Source of the DNA: an uncultured Intestinibacillus sp.
Lineage (GTDB): Bacteria > Bacillota > Clostridia > Oscillospirales > Butyricicoccaceae
Length of the DNA: 24,000 nucleotides
Assembly (NCBI GenBank): GCA_964580155.1
Contig: CAZOJP010000001.1
Location: forward strand, 57,630-81,629
Direction of reading: 5' to 3'
The position numbers and the translations under genes were made by a program. This document shows positions 15,964 to 23,983 of this stretch, in pieces. How positions within the stretch are numbered: the first letter of the stretch is position 1; every line of letters starts with the position of its first letter. Below the pieces are notes generated by a model. That model was not told the origin of the DNA. It did no database searches and saw only the letters and a program-made list of their open reading frames with translations.

Positions 15964-17166
15964 CTAGAGCAGATCGTCGTCCGTCACGAAAAACTGATTT
16001 TCCATCTCTTCGCAGCGGCGGTCAAGCTCGGAGGTCGTGCCGAGCACACGGCGCACCGCGTCGTATTCCTCCCGCGCACGCGGGTTGTCCCGATCGGTGC
16101 GCACGGCGCGGATGAGCAGATTTTTGGGTGTATCCAGCGGAGAAATGTACTCCACGACCGAGACCTTGTACCCCTCCGCTTCGAGCTTGAGCGCACGCAG
16201 GCTGTCGGTCAGCACATCGTTAAAGCGCGCGCGGAACACACCGTGCTTGACGAGGGGCTCGAGCGACGGCAGCTCATATTGGCTGAGCAGCTCTTTATGA
16301 CAACAAGGGACGCAGGCAATGTATTTTGCCCGCGCTTTGATTGCCGTACTGAGCGCAAGATCGGTCGCAATGTCGCACGCATGCCGCGAAATAACCGCGG
16401 TCACACGCTTCGGCGGCGTGTAGGTGCGCAGATCCGCCTGCAGGAACTGCATATTGTGATACCCCAGGCGCTGTGCCATTTTGCGGCTTTCATCCACGAC
16501 ATGCTCGTTAAAATCGATGCCGATGATACGGCAGCGACGGCCCAGCACTTCGCACAGATAATAATTCATCACAAAGCTCAGGTAGGACTTGCCGCAGGCG
16601 CAGTCAAGCAACACCAGCTCCTCGCTGTCGTCCTTTTCGAACATCGGCGCGACCAGCTCGACATAGTGGTCAATCTGATTGTATTTGCGAATCATATCGT
16701 TCTTGAGCTTGCCGGTTTCGGTCAGGATACCAATTTCCTGCAGCAATTTTGACGCCTTGTCCACGCGGATGAGGTACTGTCTGCTGCTGTCGAGCAGCGG
16801 ATTTGCCGCAGCGGCGGCTTGCTCGGCCGTAGCCGGTGTTTCTGCCTGCTTCATGTGTACGCCGCGCGGTGTGCACGAAATCACGGTTTCCTTGCCGCGT
16901 TCCGCGTAGCGCAGTGTCGATTCTTCATAGATGCCTGCTTGCTCCGCAAAGAAATCCATGACCTGCTGCGCGTTTACCGTGCGGTCTGCGCCTTGAAATC
17001 GCAGCAGCCAGTCCTCCGCGCCGCCTCGCGTGACAGTCGCCTGAAACTGCTTGCTGCCTGCGCGGAATTTCATATTGAGCGCAACAAAATAGTCGCGGTT
17101 TTGTGTCATACGCGCGCGGATACCCGAGAGCAGCAGCGCAAGCTTTTTTTGTTCACCTATTTGCAT
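15964..17166 (-). CDS. Two-domain SAM-dependent methyltransferase (unknown N-terminal domain plus class I MTase)
   Basis: 400 aa. The C-terminal half carries LLDCACGKSYLSFVMNYYL ... IIGIDFN, a Methyltransf_32-like motif I. The N-terminal 170 aa or so are not recognised. Confidence 0.75.
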   Translation of the reverse strand: MQIGEQKKLALLLSGIRARMTQNRDYFVALNMKFRAGSKQFQATVTRGGAEDWLLRFQGADRTVNAQQVMDFFAEQAGIYEESTLRYAERGKETVISCTPRGVHMKQAETPATAEQAAAAANPLLDSSRQYLIRVDKASKLLQEIGILTETGKLKNDMIRKYNQIDHYVELVAPMFEKDDSEELVLLDCACGKSYLSFVMNYYLCEVLGRRCRIIGIDFNEHVVDESRKMAQRLGYHNMQFLQADLRTYTPPKRVTAVISRHACDIATDLALSTAIKARAKYIACVPCCHKELLSQYELPSLEPLVKHGVFRARFNDVLTDSLRALKLEAEGYKVSVVEYISPLDTPKNLLIRAVRTDRDNPRAREEYDAVRRVLGTTSELDRRCEEMENQFFVTDDDLL

Positions 17167-17198
17167 ATGCGGTTTCCCCTTTTGTCAAATCTCTATTC

Positions 17199-17207
17199 AG
17201 TATACCA
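17199..17207 (-). promoter_or_regulatory. Candidate extended -10 (TGGTATACT) upstream of the methyltransferase-acpS operon
   Basis: Minus strand TGgTATACT, 33 nt upstream of ATG 17166. The -35 is weak. Confidence 0.35.
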
Positions 17208-17248
17208 ACTTCGCGCAGAAATGAACAGAGCAATCAGATAATTGACAG

Positions 17249-17280
17249 AAAAAAACCGCGCGAATCACTGCTCGCGCGGT
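17249..17280 (-). terminator. Intrinsic terminator after the TM1266-like gene
   Basis: Minus strand ACCGCGCGA-8 nt-TCGCGCGGT followed by TTTTTTT. Confidence 0.75.
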
Positions 17281-17287
17281 AAGGCCC

Positions 17288-17536
17288 TTATTTTTCCTTG
17301 GTGTACATCGTCTTGACCTGTACGCCGGGAATGCGCCCCAATTTTCCGGACAACGCGTTAACAGCATCGTTCGGTGCATCGATGATAATGCTGATAATGG
17401 ACAGGCCGCGTTCGCGATACGGCACACCCAGTCGCCCCACGATGTATTGCCCGTATGCATGCAGCAGCTCGTTGACCTGCTGGCTTTGCTCCGGATTTTC
17501 TATGATGATGCCAATCAGTGCAATACGCTTTTCCAT
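17288..17536 (-). CDS. TM1266-family small ACT/NikR-C-like protein (putative iron-only hydrogenase system regulator)
   Basis: 82 aa. RIALIGIIIEN...VNELLHAYGQYIVGRLGVPYRERGLSIISIIIDAPNDAVNALSGKLGRIPGVQVKT matches my memory of the TIGR03959-type family. Not verifiable here. Confidence 0.6.
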   Translation of the reverse strand: MEKRIALIGIIIENPEQSQQVNELLHAYGQYIVGRLGVPYRERGLSIISIIIDAPNDAVNALSGKLGRIPGVQVKTMYTKEK

Positions 17537-17563
17537 GGTGTCATTCCTCTTCGTGTTTTGATG

Positions 17564-17603
17564 AAAAAATCACGCCTTGCACCGTCAGCGGCTGCAAGGC
17601 GTG
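17564..17603 (-). terminator. Intrinsic terminator after rubrerythrin
   Basis: Minus strand CACGCCTTGCA-11 nt-TGCAAGGCGTG followed by ATTTTTT. Ends 27 nt before the next ATG. Confidence 0.75.
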
Positions 17604-17638
17604 ATAATAGATGCGGTGTCAGTCAGATGCGCAAAGCA

Positions 17639-18178
17639 TCAATAATTCTCCGCCTTGATCTCGAAATATGCCTTCGGGTGCGAACATACCGGACATACCT
17701 CGGGGGCTTCCTGTCCGACATGGATATAGCCACAGTTGGTGCAATGCCAAATCTTGTCCCCGTCGCGCGAGAACACCAGACCGCCCTCTACATTTGCAAG
17801 CAGGTCGAGATAACGCTTCTCGTGCTCCTTCTCAATCTTAGCGACTTCGGAAAACAGGAAGGAAATATGATCAAAGCCCTCTTCGGCAGCTTCCTTCGCG
17901 AAGGTAGCATACATGTCCGTCCATTCGTAGTTCTCGCCGGCGGCAGCATCTGCAAGGTTTGCAGCGGTGTCACCAATGCCGTCATGCAGCAGCTTGAACC
18001 AGATTTTCGCGTGTTCCTTCTCGTTGTTTGCGGTTTCTTCAAACAGGTTCGCAATCTGGACATAGCCGTCCTTTTTCGCCTTGCTTGCATAATAGGTATA
18101 CTTGTTGCGTGCCTGAGATTCACCTGCAAATGCAGTCAGCAGGTTCGCCTCCGTCTTTGTGCCCTTTAGGTTTGCCAT
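17639..18178 (-). CDS. rbr: Rubrerythrin
   Basis: Ferritin-like diiron domain ([19 protein letters not shown]...EKEH...) plus a C-terminal rubredoxin CTNCGY...CPVCSHP. GAGGAG lies 8 nt before ATG 18178. Confidence 0.9.
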   Translation of the reverse strand: MANLKGTKTEANLLTAFAGESQARNKYTYYASKAKKDGYVQIANLFEETANNEKEHAKIWFKLLHDGIGDTAANLADAAAGENYEWTDMYATFAKEAAEEGFDHISFLFSEVAKIEKEHEKRYLDLLANVEGGLVFSRDGDKIWHCTNCGYIHVGQEAPEVCPVCSHPKAYFEIKAENY

Positions 18179-18229
18179 AATAATTGCTCCTCTCATTTTG
18201 AACTCAAAACAGGAATGATTACTGATGAT

Positions 18230-18258
18230 AGTATACAGTAGAAAAAGCTCACTGTCAA
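18230..18258 (-). promoter_or_regulatory. Near-consensus sigma-A promoter of rbr
   Basis: Minus strand TTGACA (18253-18258), a 17-nt spacer ending in TG, then TATACT (18230-18235). Confidence 0.6.
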
Positions 18259-18287
18259 GTATTCTTTCCCATTGTTGCTCGATTTAT

Positions 18288-20033
18288 TTATATTTCCAGC
18301 AAACAACCGCAATATGGTGGCAAAATCACGTTGTTTTCGCGCGGTGCAATGGATAGTGCGGCATTTCCGCCATAAGCGGCATCATCGCTTGACAGCAGAA
18401 TATGCCATTTGCCCGCCGGCAAGGAAATACGCTGCGTGTGCGCGCTAAAATTCAGTGCAATCAGCAGGTGCTGACCTTGGAGGTCGTTGCGCTCATACAC
18501 AAAAACACCACGCTCGGCTCGCTTCCAGCAAAAGCCCTCCGGATGCAAATCTGTCGCAAATAATGCGGCGCGTGTGACATAAAGATGATTGAGCGTGGAA
18601 AAATACTGCTGAAACGCAGCATGCTCCCGCTGCTGCAAAAGCGCCCAATCCAGCGCGGCATCCTCGTTCCACTCGTGCGTAGTTGCAATGTCGTTGCCCA
18701 TAAAGTTGAGTTTTTTGCCCGGATGTGTGAAGAAATACAGAAACAGCGTGCGCAGTTGCGCAAACTGCTGCGCACGCGAGCCGGGCATTTTCTCGAGCAG
18801 CGTACGCTTGCAGTGCACGACCTCATCGTGTGAAAAAGGTAGGATATACTTTTCCTGATAAAAATATTCAGTAGAAGCGGAAATATACGCGCCCTCGCGG
18901 TGGTTGCCGCCAAGATATTGAAACGTATCGTTCATGAATCCGAGATCCCATTTATAGTCAAACCCCAATCCGCCATATGGTACGGGCGCTGTCACCTTGG
19001 GGTAGACCGAGGAATCCTCCGCGATGAGCATCACCTCCGGCCATGCCTGCGAAAGTGCGTAATTGGCATTTTTCAGAAACCATATGCCCGCGTCGTTGAC
19101 ACCGCGTGCCGGATCACCGCCATGATAAATCAGTCGGGAGACCGCATCGAATCGGATGCCGTCCATATGGTATCGGCGAATCCAAAAATCCAGCGCGGAT
19201 TTCATGAAGCTCAGCACATGGGGCTTTGTGTAGTCAAAAAGCAGCGTGCCCCACTCGGTGTATCGCGTGCTTTCATCCGCGCTTTCGTAAAGCGTGCTGC
19301 CGTCAAAGGTTTGCAGCGCGTGGATATTCGTCACAAAGTGCAGCGGGACAAAATCCAGGATGACGCCAATGCCCGCCACATGGCAGCGGTCCACAAATGC
19401 CATAAGCTCATCCGGCGTGCCAAATCGGCTGGTGGCGGCAAAATAGCCGCTTGTCTGATACCCCCACGAGCCGTCAAACGGATGCTCGGTCAGCGGCATA
19501 CATTCGATGTGCGTGTATCCCATCTCCAGAATGTAAGGGATCAGCGCATCCGCCAGCTCTCCATATTGGTAAAACGATCCGTCTGCATGCCGCTTCCACG
19601 AGCCGGCATGCAGCTCATAAATGCTCATCGGCCGATTGAAATTTTTGGTGCGGCGATGCAGATATTCCGCATCCTGCCACTCGTAATGCGCAACATCCCA
19701 AACAGCTGACGCGGTGCTCGGCCGTTCCTCCGCGTAAAACGCAAATGGATCAGCGCGATCGAAAACGCCGTCTGCGGTGTGAACGCGATATTTATAGAGC
19801 ATGCCTTGCGTAATCTCGCGCGCGAAAATGCTCCAGACCCCGTTCGCTTCGCGCTGCATGCGCCAACCGGTCCAGTTGTTGCAGTCGCCAATCAGCTCCA
19901 CGCATTGCGCATGCGGGGCATAGACGGTGAATCGTACGCCGGATTCCCCGTTTTCGTGCGCAAAATGCGCGCCGAACACAGTATATCCGTCGCAAGATGC
20001 CCCCTGCAAATACGCATCAAAACGTTCTTTCAT
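18288..20033 (-). CDS. glgB: 1,4-alpha-glucan branching enzyme (GH13)
   Basis: GH13 catalytic motifs GVILDFVPLHF, GIRFDAVS, LIAEDSS and FSHDEVVH. GGAGAGGAGGA lies 7 nt before ATG 20033, which I prefer over the listed 20084. Confidence 0.9.
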   Translation of the reverse strand: MKERFDAYLQGASCDGYTVFGAHFAHENGESGVRFTVYAPHAQCVELIGDCNNWTGWRMQREANGVWSIFAREITQGMLYKYRVHTADGVFDRADPFAFYAEERPSTASAVWDVAHYEWQDAEYLHRRTKNFNRPMSIYELHAGSWKRHADGSFYQYGELADALIPYILEMGYTHIECMPLTEHPFDGSWGYQTSGYFAATSRFGTPDELMAFVDRCHVAGIGVILDFVPLHFVTNIHALQTFDGSTLYESADESTRYTEWGTLLFDYTKPHVLSFMKSALDFWIRRYHMDGIRFDAVSRLIYHGGDPARGVNDAGIWFLKNANYALSQAWPEVMLIAEDSSVYPKVTAPVPYGGLGFDYKWDLGFMNDTFQYLGGNHREGAYISASTEYFYQEKYILPFSHDEVVHCKRTLLEKMPGSRAQQFAQLRTLFLYFFTHPGKKLNFMGNDIATTHEWNEDAALDWALLQQREHAAFQQYFSTLNHLYVTRAALFATDLHPEGFCWKRAERGVFVYERNDLQGQHLLIALNFSAHTQRISLPAGKWHILLSSDDAAYGGNAALSIAPRENNVILPPYCGCLLEI

Positions 20034-20162
20034 AGGCTCGTCCTCCTCTCCCAAGTAGTATATCGCGAATCCGTCGCGCGACACATATTTTTTTCGTCCT
20101 CGTGTATAGGCGGCTTTGTCCGTGACATACTAAGTCTGCAATCACAAAGGAGGTTATGAACT

Positions 20163-20324
20163 ATGGATAAGGCAAACAAAAGTATTCGCTGCACTGTTTC
20201 GCAGTGCACCAACCACTGCGCAGCCGAGGACTATTGCTCGCTCAACTGCATCACGATCGGTACGCACGAACAGAATCCGACGATGGACCAGTGTACCGAC
20301 TGCCAGTCCTTCCGCTGCAAGTAA
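20163..20324 (+). CDS. DUF1540-like small cysteine-rich protein (53 aa), not in ORF track
   Basis: GGAGG lies 8 nt before ATG 20163. Translation: MDKANKSIRCTVSQCTNHCAAEDYCSLNCITIGTHEQNPTMDQCTDCQSFRCK. It fits the C.V..C...(n)C.L..I.I...(n)T.C.SF pattern I associate with DUF1540. A strong terminator follows. Confidence 0.65.
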   Translation: MDKANKSIRCTVSQCTNHCAAEDYCSLNCITIGTHEQNPTMDQCTDCQSFRCK

Positions 20325-20333
20325 GCACATCCC

Positions 20334-20374
20334 AAAAAGAGGAGAGCCGAAGATGCCTTCGGCTCTCCTCTTTT
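20334..20374. terminator. Bidirectional intrinsic terminator
   Basis: AGAGGAGAGCCGAAG-atgc-CTTCGGCTCTCCTCT, flanked by AAAA and TTTT. Lies between convergent genes. Confidence 0.8.
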
Positions 20375-20395
20375 ACATGCGATCGGCCGTTGCGA

Positions 20396-20695
20396 TTATT
20401 CCGGCTCGCGGAAAAAAATGCGCCAGATCAGATAGACATAGGAGGCGACAAAGCCCGCCAAAATAAAATGCTTAAATTTTCCGAAAAAGCGCGAAAACCG
20501 CGCGCCCAGCCACATACCAAGACTGAGCAGACACAGCTTGAATACCGCAAAATCAAACAGGCTGAAGCCGCGCGCCTGCTCGGCGGAATGGCCAATGACT
20601 GCTTGAGCGCGATCCTTGATGCCGTAAGCACAATCGATGAGATCCTCACGGTCGATGCTGCGGATGTAATCCAGATGCTCTTTATAATTTTTCAT
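20396..20695 (-). CDS. Small membrane protein (99 aa), unknown function
   Basis: AAGGAG lies 8 nt before ATG 20695. A soluble N-terminal half is followed by two hydrophobic segments (FSLFDFAVFKLCLLSLGMWLG; FILAGFVASYVYLIWRIFF). The longer listed ORF upstream is Arg-rich and overlaps the exonuclease gene. Confidence 0.6.
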   Translation of the reverse strand: MKNYKEHLDYIRSIDREDLIDCAYGIKDRAQAVIGHSAEQARGFSLFDFAVFKLCLLSLGMWLGARFSRFFGKFKHFILAGFVASYVYLIWRIFFREPE

Positions 20696-21392
20696 GGGGA
20701 ACACTCCTTTGTACATTTTCTTCATAATGAGGCGATGGGACAGCCGGCGGCCGGCGGCGAGCCGTGCCGCGCGTTGACCGCGACTTCTGCCGGGTGATTT
20801 CCTGTGCTGTGCTACAGGAAACGCTGCCTTGCGGCGAAATGGAGCCCAATCGCATGCTGATTTGATCCGCCAGCGCATCCGCATCCGTGCATCCCCGCGC
20901 ATGCAGCGCCGCTTGCAAAATCATGCCGCTGGCAAGCGCGTCCGAACCGGCTTCGTGGTGGTTGAGCGCAATGCCGAGTGCCGCGGAGACCGTATCCAGT
21001 TTGTGATTTTCCATGTCCGGCCAGATTTTTTGCGAAACCTTGACCGTACAGATATAGCGGCAGTGCGGCAGCGGCAAGCCGTAATGCGCCAGGGTTTTGC
21101 AAAGCACGGCGGTGTCAAACATCGCGTTGTGGCACACCAGCACGCTGCCCTCGATATCGCTGCGCAGCAGCGGCCACAGCGCGTCAAAGGTGGGGGCTTC
21201 GCTCACCATGGAGCGGCGGATGCCGTGCACCTTGGTGTTGTACCAATGAAAGACACCGTATTCTTTGGGCGGTCGAATCAGATACGCGTTGGAACGCAGC
21301 AGAACACCATCTTCAAAGACTGAGATGCCGATCGAGCATGCGCTGATGGGAGATGCGTTGGCGGTTTCAAAATCCATTGCGACGTATTTCAT
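20682..21392 (-). CDS. DnaQ-like DEDDh 3'-5' exonuclease
   Basis: Exo I is AMDFETAN, Exo II is HNAMFDTAVL and Exo III is HHEAGSDALA (H-x4-D). ATG 21392 overlaps the upstream stop (ATGA). Has a low-complexity Arg/Ser/Pro C-terminal tail. Confidence 0.8.
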   Translation of the reverse strand: MKYVAMDFETANASPISACSIGISVFEDGVLLRSNAYLIRPPKEYGVFHWYNTKVHGIRRSMVSEAPTFDALWPLLRSDIEGSVLVCHNAMFDTAVLCKTLAHYGLPLPHCRYICTVKVSQKIWPDMENHKLDTVSAALGIALNHHEAGSDALASGMILQAALHARGCTDADALADQISMRLGSISPQGSVSCSTAQEITRQKSRSTRGTARRRPPAVPSPHYEENVQRSVPHEKL

Positions 21393-22084
21393 CGAACACC
21401 TTCCGTTCCCTGCGTGCGTTCTTTCAGCGTACAGAAAAAGTGATACAGCGGCGCAAGCGCACACAGGTCAGACAGCATGCCGTCCACAAAACGATTATCC
21501 CACAGCGGGGTATGGTCGGCAAACGCGCAGCTCACGCCCAGGTTTTTGCGGTTTAGCCACGGCTGATATGCCGCAGGCGCGGCCGGATATTTGGGGCGTT
21601 TATATTCCTCGCCATAGAGCGAAAATTGCGGTCTGCCCTCGACCGCGCGGAAGGCCTCTGAAAAGAGTTTGTCCTCTGCCAGCATCATTTCACGCGCCAG
21701 GCGCATTTCCGCTGCAGGCGCATGATAGTAGCCGCAGCCATATCCCCAAAATTCGGGTGTAATTTCAAAATAAAAGCACGGCCGCTCGGCAAATTCGCCT
21801 TTTTTTCGTCCAAACGTAATCCACGCATGGTCGCGATAGAGTGATTTGTCGTGCGTATAGCGCGTATCGCGTCGCACGCGGGAAAGCATGCGCTGCGGGT
21901 GGATGACAAGAGACGGATCGATTTCGCACATTGCAGGCGCCATGCGCTCGATCAGTGCATAAAATGGCTCCTGCACCAGCGCGCGAATGCGCGGCTTGCA
22001 GGATTCGTAAAATTCTTTGCTGTTCATCAAACGATTTTCAATCAAAAGATCCAGCCCCTCGGGCCGGAAACCTGAAAATTCCAT
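21389..22084 (-). CDS. DUF2461 (TIGR02453) family protein
   Basis: 231 aa. N-terminal FSGF.PEGLDLL..N...NSKEFYE and the central RVRRDTRYTHDKSLYRDHAWITF motif resemble the family as I remember it. Confidence 0.7.
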   Translation of the reverse strand: MEFSGFRPEGLDLLIENRLMNSKEFYESCKPRIRALVQEPFYALIERMAPAMCEIDPSLVIHPQRMLSRVRRDTRYTHDKSLYRDHAWITFGRKKGEFAERPCFYFEITPEFWGYGCGYYHAPAAEMRLAREMMLAEDKLFSEAFRAVEGRPQFSLYGEEYKRPKYPAAPAAYQPWLNRKNLGVSCAFADHTPLWDNRFVDGMLSDLCALAPLYHFFCTLKERTQGTEGVR

Positions 22085-22187
22085 CGGGATGCTCCTAACA
22101 TATAAGCTATTTCTATTCTATCCTGATTTGCCGACAAACGCAATAGGTTTTCTCATTGAAAAGCTATGCACGGGTCGCCGGGTAGTG

Positions 22188-22193
22188 TATAAT
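22188..22193 (+). promoter_or_regulatory. Possible -10 box (TG-TATAAT) upstream of the Lrp-family gene
   Basis: GTGTATAAT lies 34 nt upstream of ATG 22227. No good -35. Confidence 0.3.
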
Positions 22194-22226
22194 ACTGTTA
22201 TTCGTTAACCGTTTGGAGGGAAAATT

Positions 22227-22718
22227 ATGAAGCAAGATGATAAAATTTTAGCCCTGCTTGATCAGGATGCACGTCTGACGCCCGCACAGCTTTCCAGTAT
22301 GCTCGAGCTGCCCGAGGACGAGGTGCGCGATCGTATTTCCGCCCTCGAGAAAAACCATACGATCATTGGCTATAAAACGCTCATCGACTGGGAGCGAACC
22401 GACAAGGAGTTTGTCACCGCACTCATCGAGGTTAAAATCACGCCTCAAAAGGGTATGGGTTTTGACGAAATTGCGCGGCAGATCTATCGTCAGCCACAGG
22501 TTGAAAGCGTCTACCTGATGTCGGGCGGTTTCGATCTGACGGTCATCATTTCCGGCAAGTCCATGAAAGAGGTTGCGCGTTTTGTCTCCGAGCAGCTCGC
22601 GCCCATGGAAAATGTTCTGTCCACCGGCACGCACTTTGTCCTCAAAAAATACAAGGAACAGGGTGTGGAATTCGGCCCGTCTGCGCGGGACGAAAGAGAG
22701 GTATCCATGGCATGGTAG
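22227..22718 (+). CDS. Lrp/AsnC-family transcriptional regulator (AlaR-like context)
   Basis: 163 aa. N-terminal winged HTH (DDKILALLDQDARLTPAQLSSMLELPEDEVRDRISALEKNHTIIGY) plus a RAM/ACT-like C-terminal domain. Overlaps the aminotransferase gene by 7 nt. Confidence 0.85.
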   Translation: MKQDDKILALLDQDARLTPAQLSSMLELPEDEVRDRISALEKNHTIIGYKTLIDWERTDKEFVTALIEVKITPQKGMGFDEIARQIYRQPQVESVYLMSGGFDLTVIISGKSMKEVARFVSEQLAPMENVLSTGTHFVLKKYKEQGVEFGPSARDEREVSMAW

Positions 22719-23890
22719 ACTATGACCAGCTGTTGTCCGAGCGGGTCAAGGTTGTAAAACCCTCGGGCATTCGAAAATTCTTTGACATTGTCGCCACGAT
22801 GGATGATGCAATCTCCCTCGGGGTGGGCGAGCCGGACTTTGAAACCCCGTGGCAGGTGCGGCGCGCCGGCATCGTCTCCCTGGAAAAAGGGCGCACCTTC
22901 TATACGTCCAACTGGGGTCTTGCCGAACTTCGTCAGGAGATTGCAACCCTATACCGCCGCAAATTCCATCTGGACTACGACCCTGCCAGCGAAGTGCTTG
23001 TAACCGTCGGCGGATCGGAAGCAATCGACAACGCGCTGCGCGCCTTTGTCTCTTTCGGGGATGAGGTGCTAATTGTCGAGCCGTCCTTCGTCTGCTATAC
23101 CCCGCTGACCATCATGGCGGGCGGCACACCCGTATCGCTGCCAACCGTCGCGCAGGATTGTTTCAAGCTGACCGCCGAACGCTTGCGTGCCGCAATCACA
23201 CCGAAAACCAAGATGCTGGTGCTCCCCTTCCCGAATAACCCGACCGGTGCAATTATGACGCGCGACGAGCTGGAAGCAATCGCCGAGGTGCTGCGTGACA
23301 CAAACATTCTGGTGCTTTCGGACGAGATCTACTGCGACCTTACTTATCGCGGAGAGCACGTCTGCTTCGCTGAGCTGCCCGGCATGCGCGAGCGCACAAT
23401 TGTGGTCGGTGGATTTTCCAAGTCCTATGCCATGACCGGCTGGCGCCTCGGCTGGGCGGTCGGTCCCAAGGAGCTCATCGCGCCAATCTGCAAAATTCAT
23501 CAGTTTGGCATCATGTCCGCGCCGACAACCGCACAGTTTGCAGGTATCGAAGCGCTGCGCACCGGCGACGACGATATTCTGCACATGCGCGGACAATATG
23601 ACATCCGCCGTCGATTCCTTTTGGGCGAGCTGCGCGGCATGGGGCTTGAATGCTTTGAGCCGGAGGGCGCATTTTATATGTTCCCCTCCATCCGAAGCAC
23701 TGGCCTAAGTGCGGAAGAATTCTGTGAGCGGCTTCTGCTGGAGCAAAAGGTCGCCGTCGTGCCCGGCTCCGCCTTTGGCGAGAGCGGCGAAGGTCATATT
23801 CGCATTTCATACTCTTATTCTATGAATCATCTACGCGAGGCAACCACGCGCATGAAGACGTTTTTGCAAGGACTTCGTTCCGGCAGCTAA
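22712..23890 (+). CDS. Class I/II PLP-dependent aminotransferase (AlaT/AspC-like)
   Basis: 392 aa. ...LPFPNNPTGAIM..., the PLP-lysine motif GFSKSYAMTGWRLGW, and ...GEGHIRISYS. Confidence 0.9.
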   Translation: MVDYDQLLSERVKVVKPSGIRKFFDIVATMDDAISLGVGEPDFETPWQVRRAGIVSLEKGRTFYTSNWGLAELRQEIATLYRRKFHLDYDPASEVLVTVGGSEAIDNALRAFVSFGDEVLIVEPSFVCYTPLTIMAGGTPVSLPTVAQDCFKLTAERLRAAITPKTKMLVLPFPNNPTGAIMTRDELEAIAEVLRDTNILVLSDEIYCDLTYRGEHVCFAELPGMRERTIVVGGFSKSYAMTGWRLGWAVGPKELIAPICKIHQFGIMSAPTTAQFAGIEALRTGDDDILHMRGQYDIRRRFLLGELRGMGLECFEPEGAFYMFPSIRSTGLSAEEFCERLLLEQKVAVVPGSAFGESGEGHIRISYSYSMNHLREATTRMKTFLQGLRSGS

Positions 23891-23937
23891 ACCGGGCAAA
23901 AGGCTTGTTCTTTTGTGCCGATCGGTGCAAAATATCG

Positions 23938-23983
23938 CTGAAGGCCGCACATACCACATGAATGTGGTGTGTGCGGCCTTCAG
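23938..23983. repeat. Long near-perfect hairpin (about 20 bp stem), probable terminator
   Basis: CTGAAGGCCGCACATACCACAT-ga-ATGTGGTGTGTGCGGCCTTCAG with one G-U position. There is no T-run on the plus strand. A short ATATTTT follows on the minus strand. Confidence 0.5.

Noticed and set aside
18212-18224. Possible PerR/Fur box between the rbr promoter and RBS (AGTAATCATTCC)
   Set aside because: Only a partial half-site resemblance to the TTATAATnATTATAA type consensus. Not enough to call.
23893-23920. GGCAAAAG-n7-CTTTTGTGCC hairpin right after the aminotransferase stop
   Set aside because: The stem is imperfect and AT-rich with a bulge. The stronger hairpin at 23938-23983 is the better terminator candidate.
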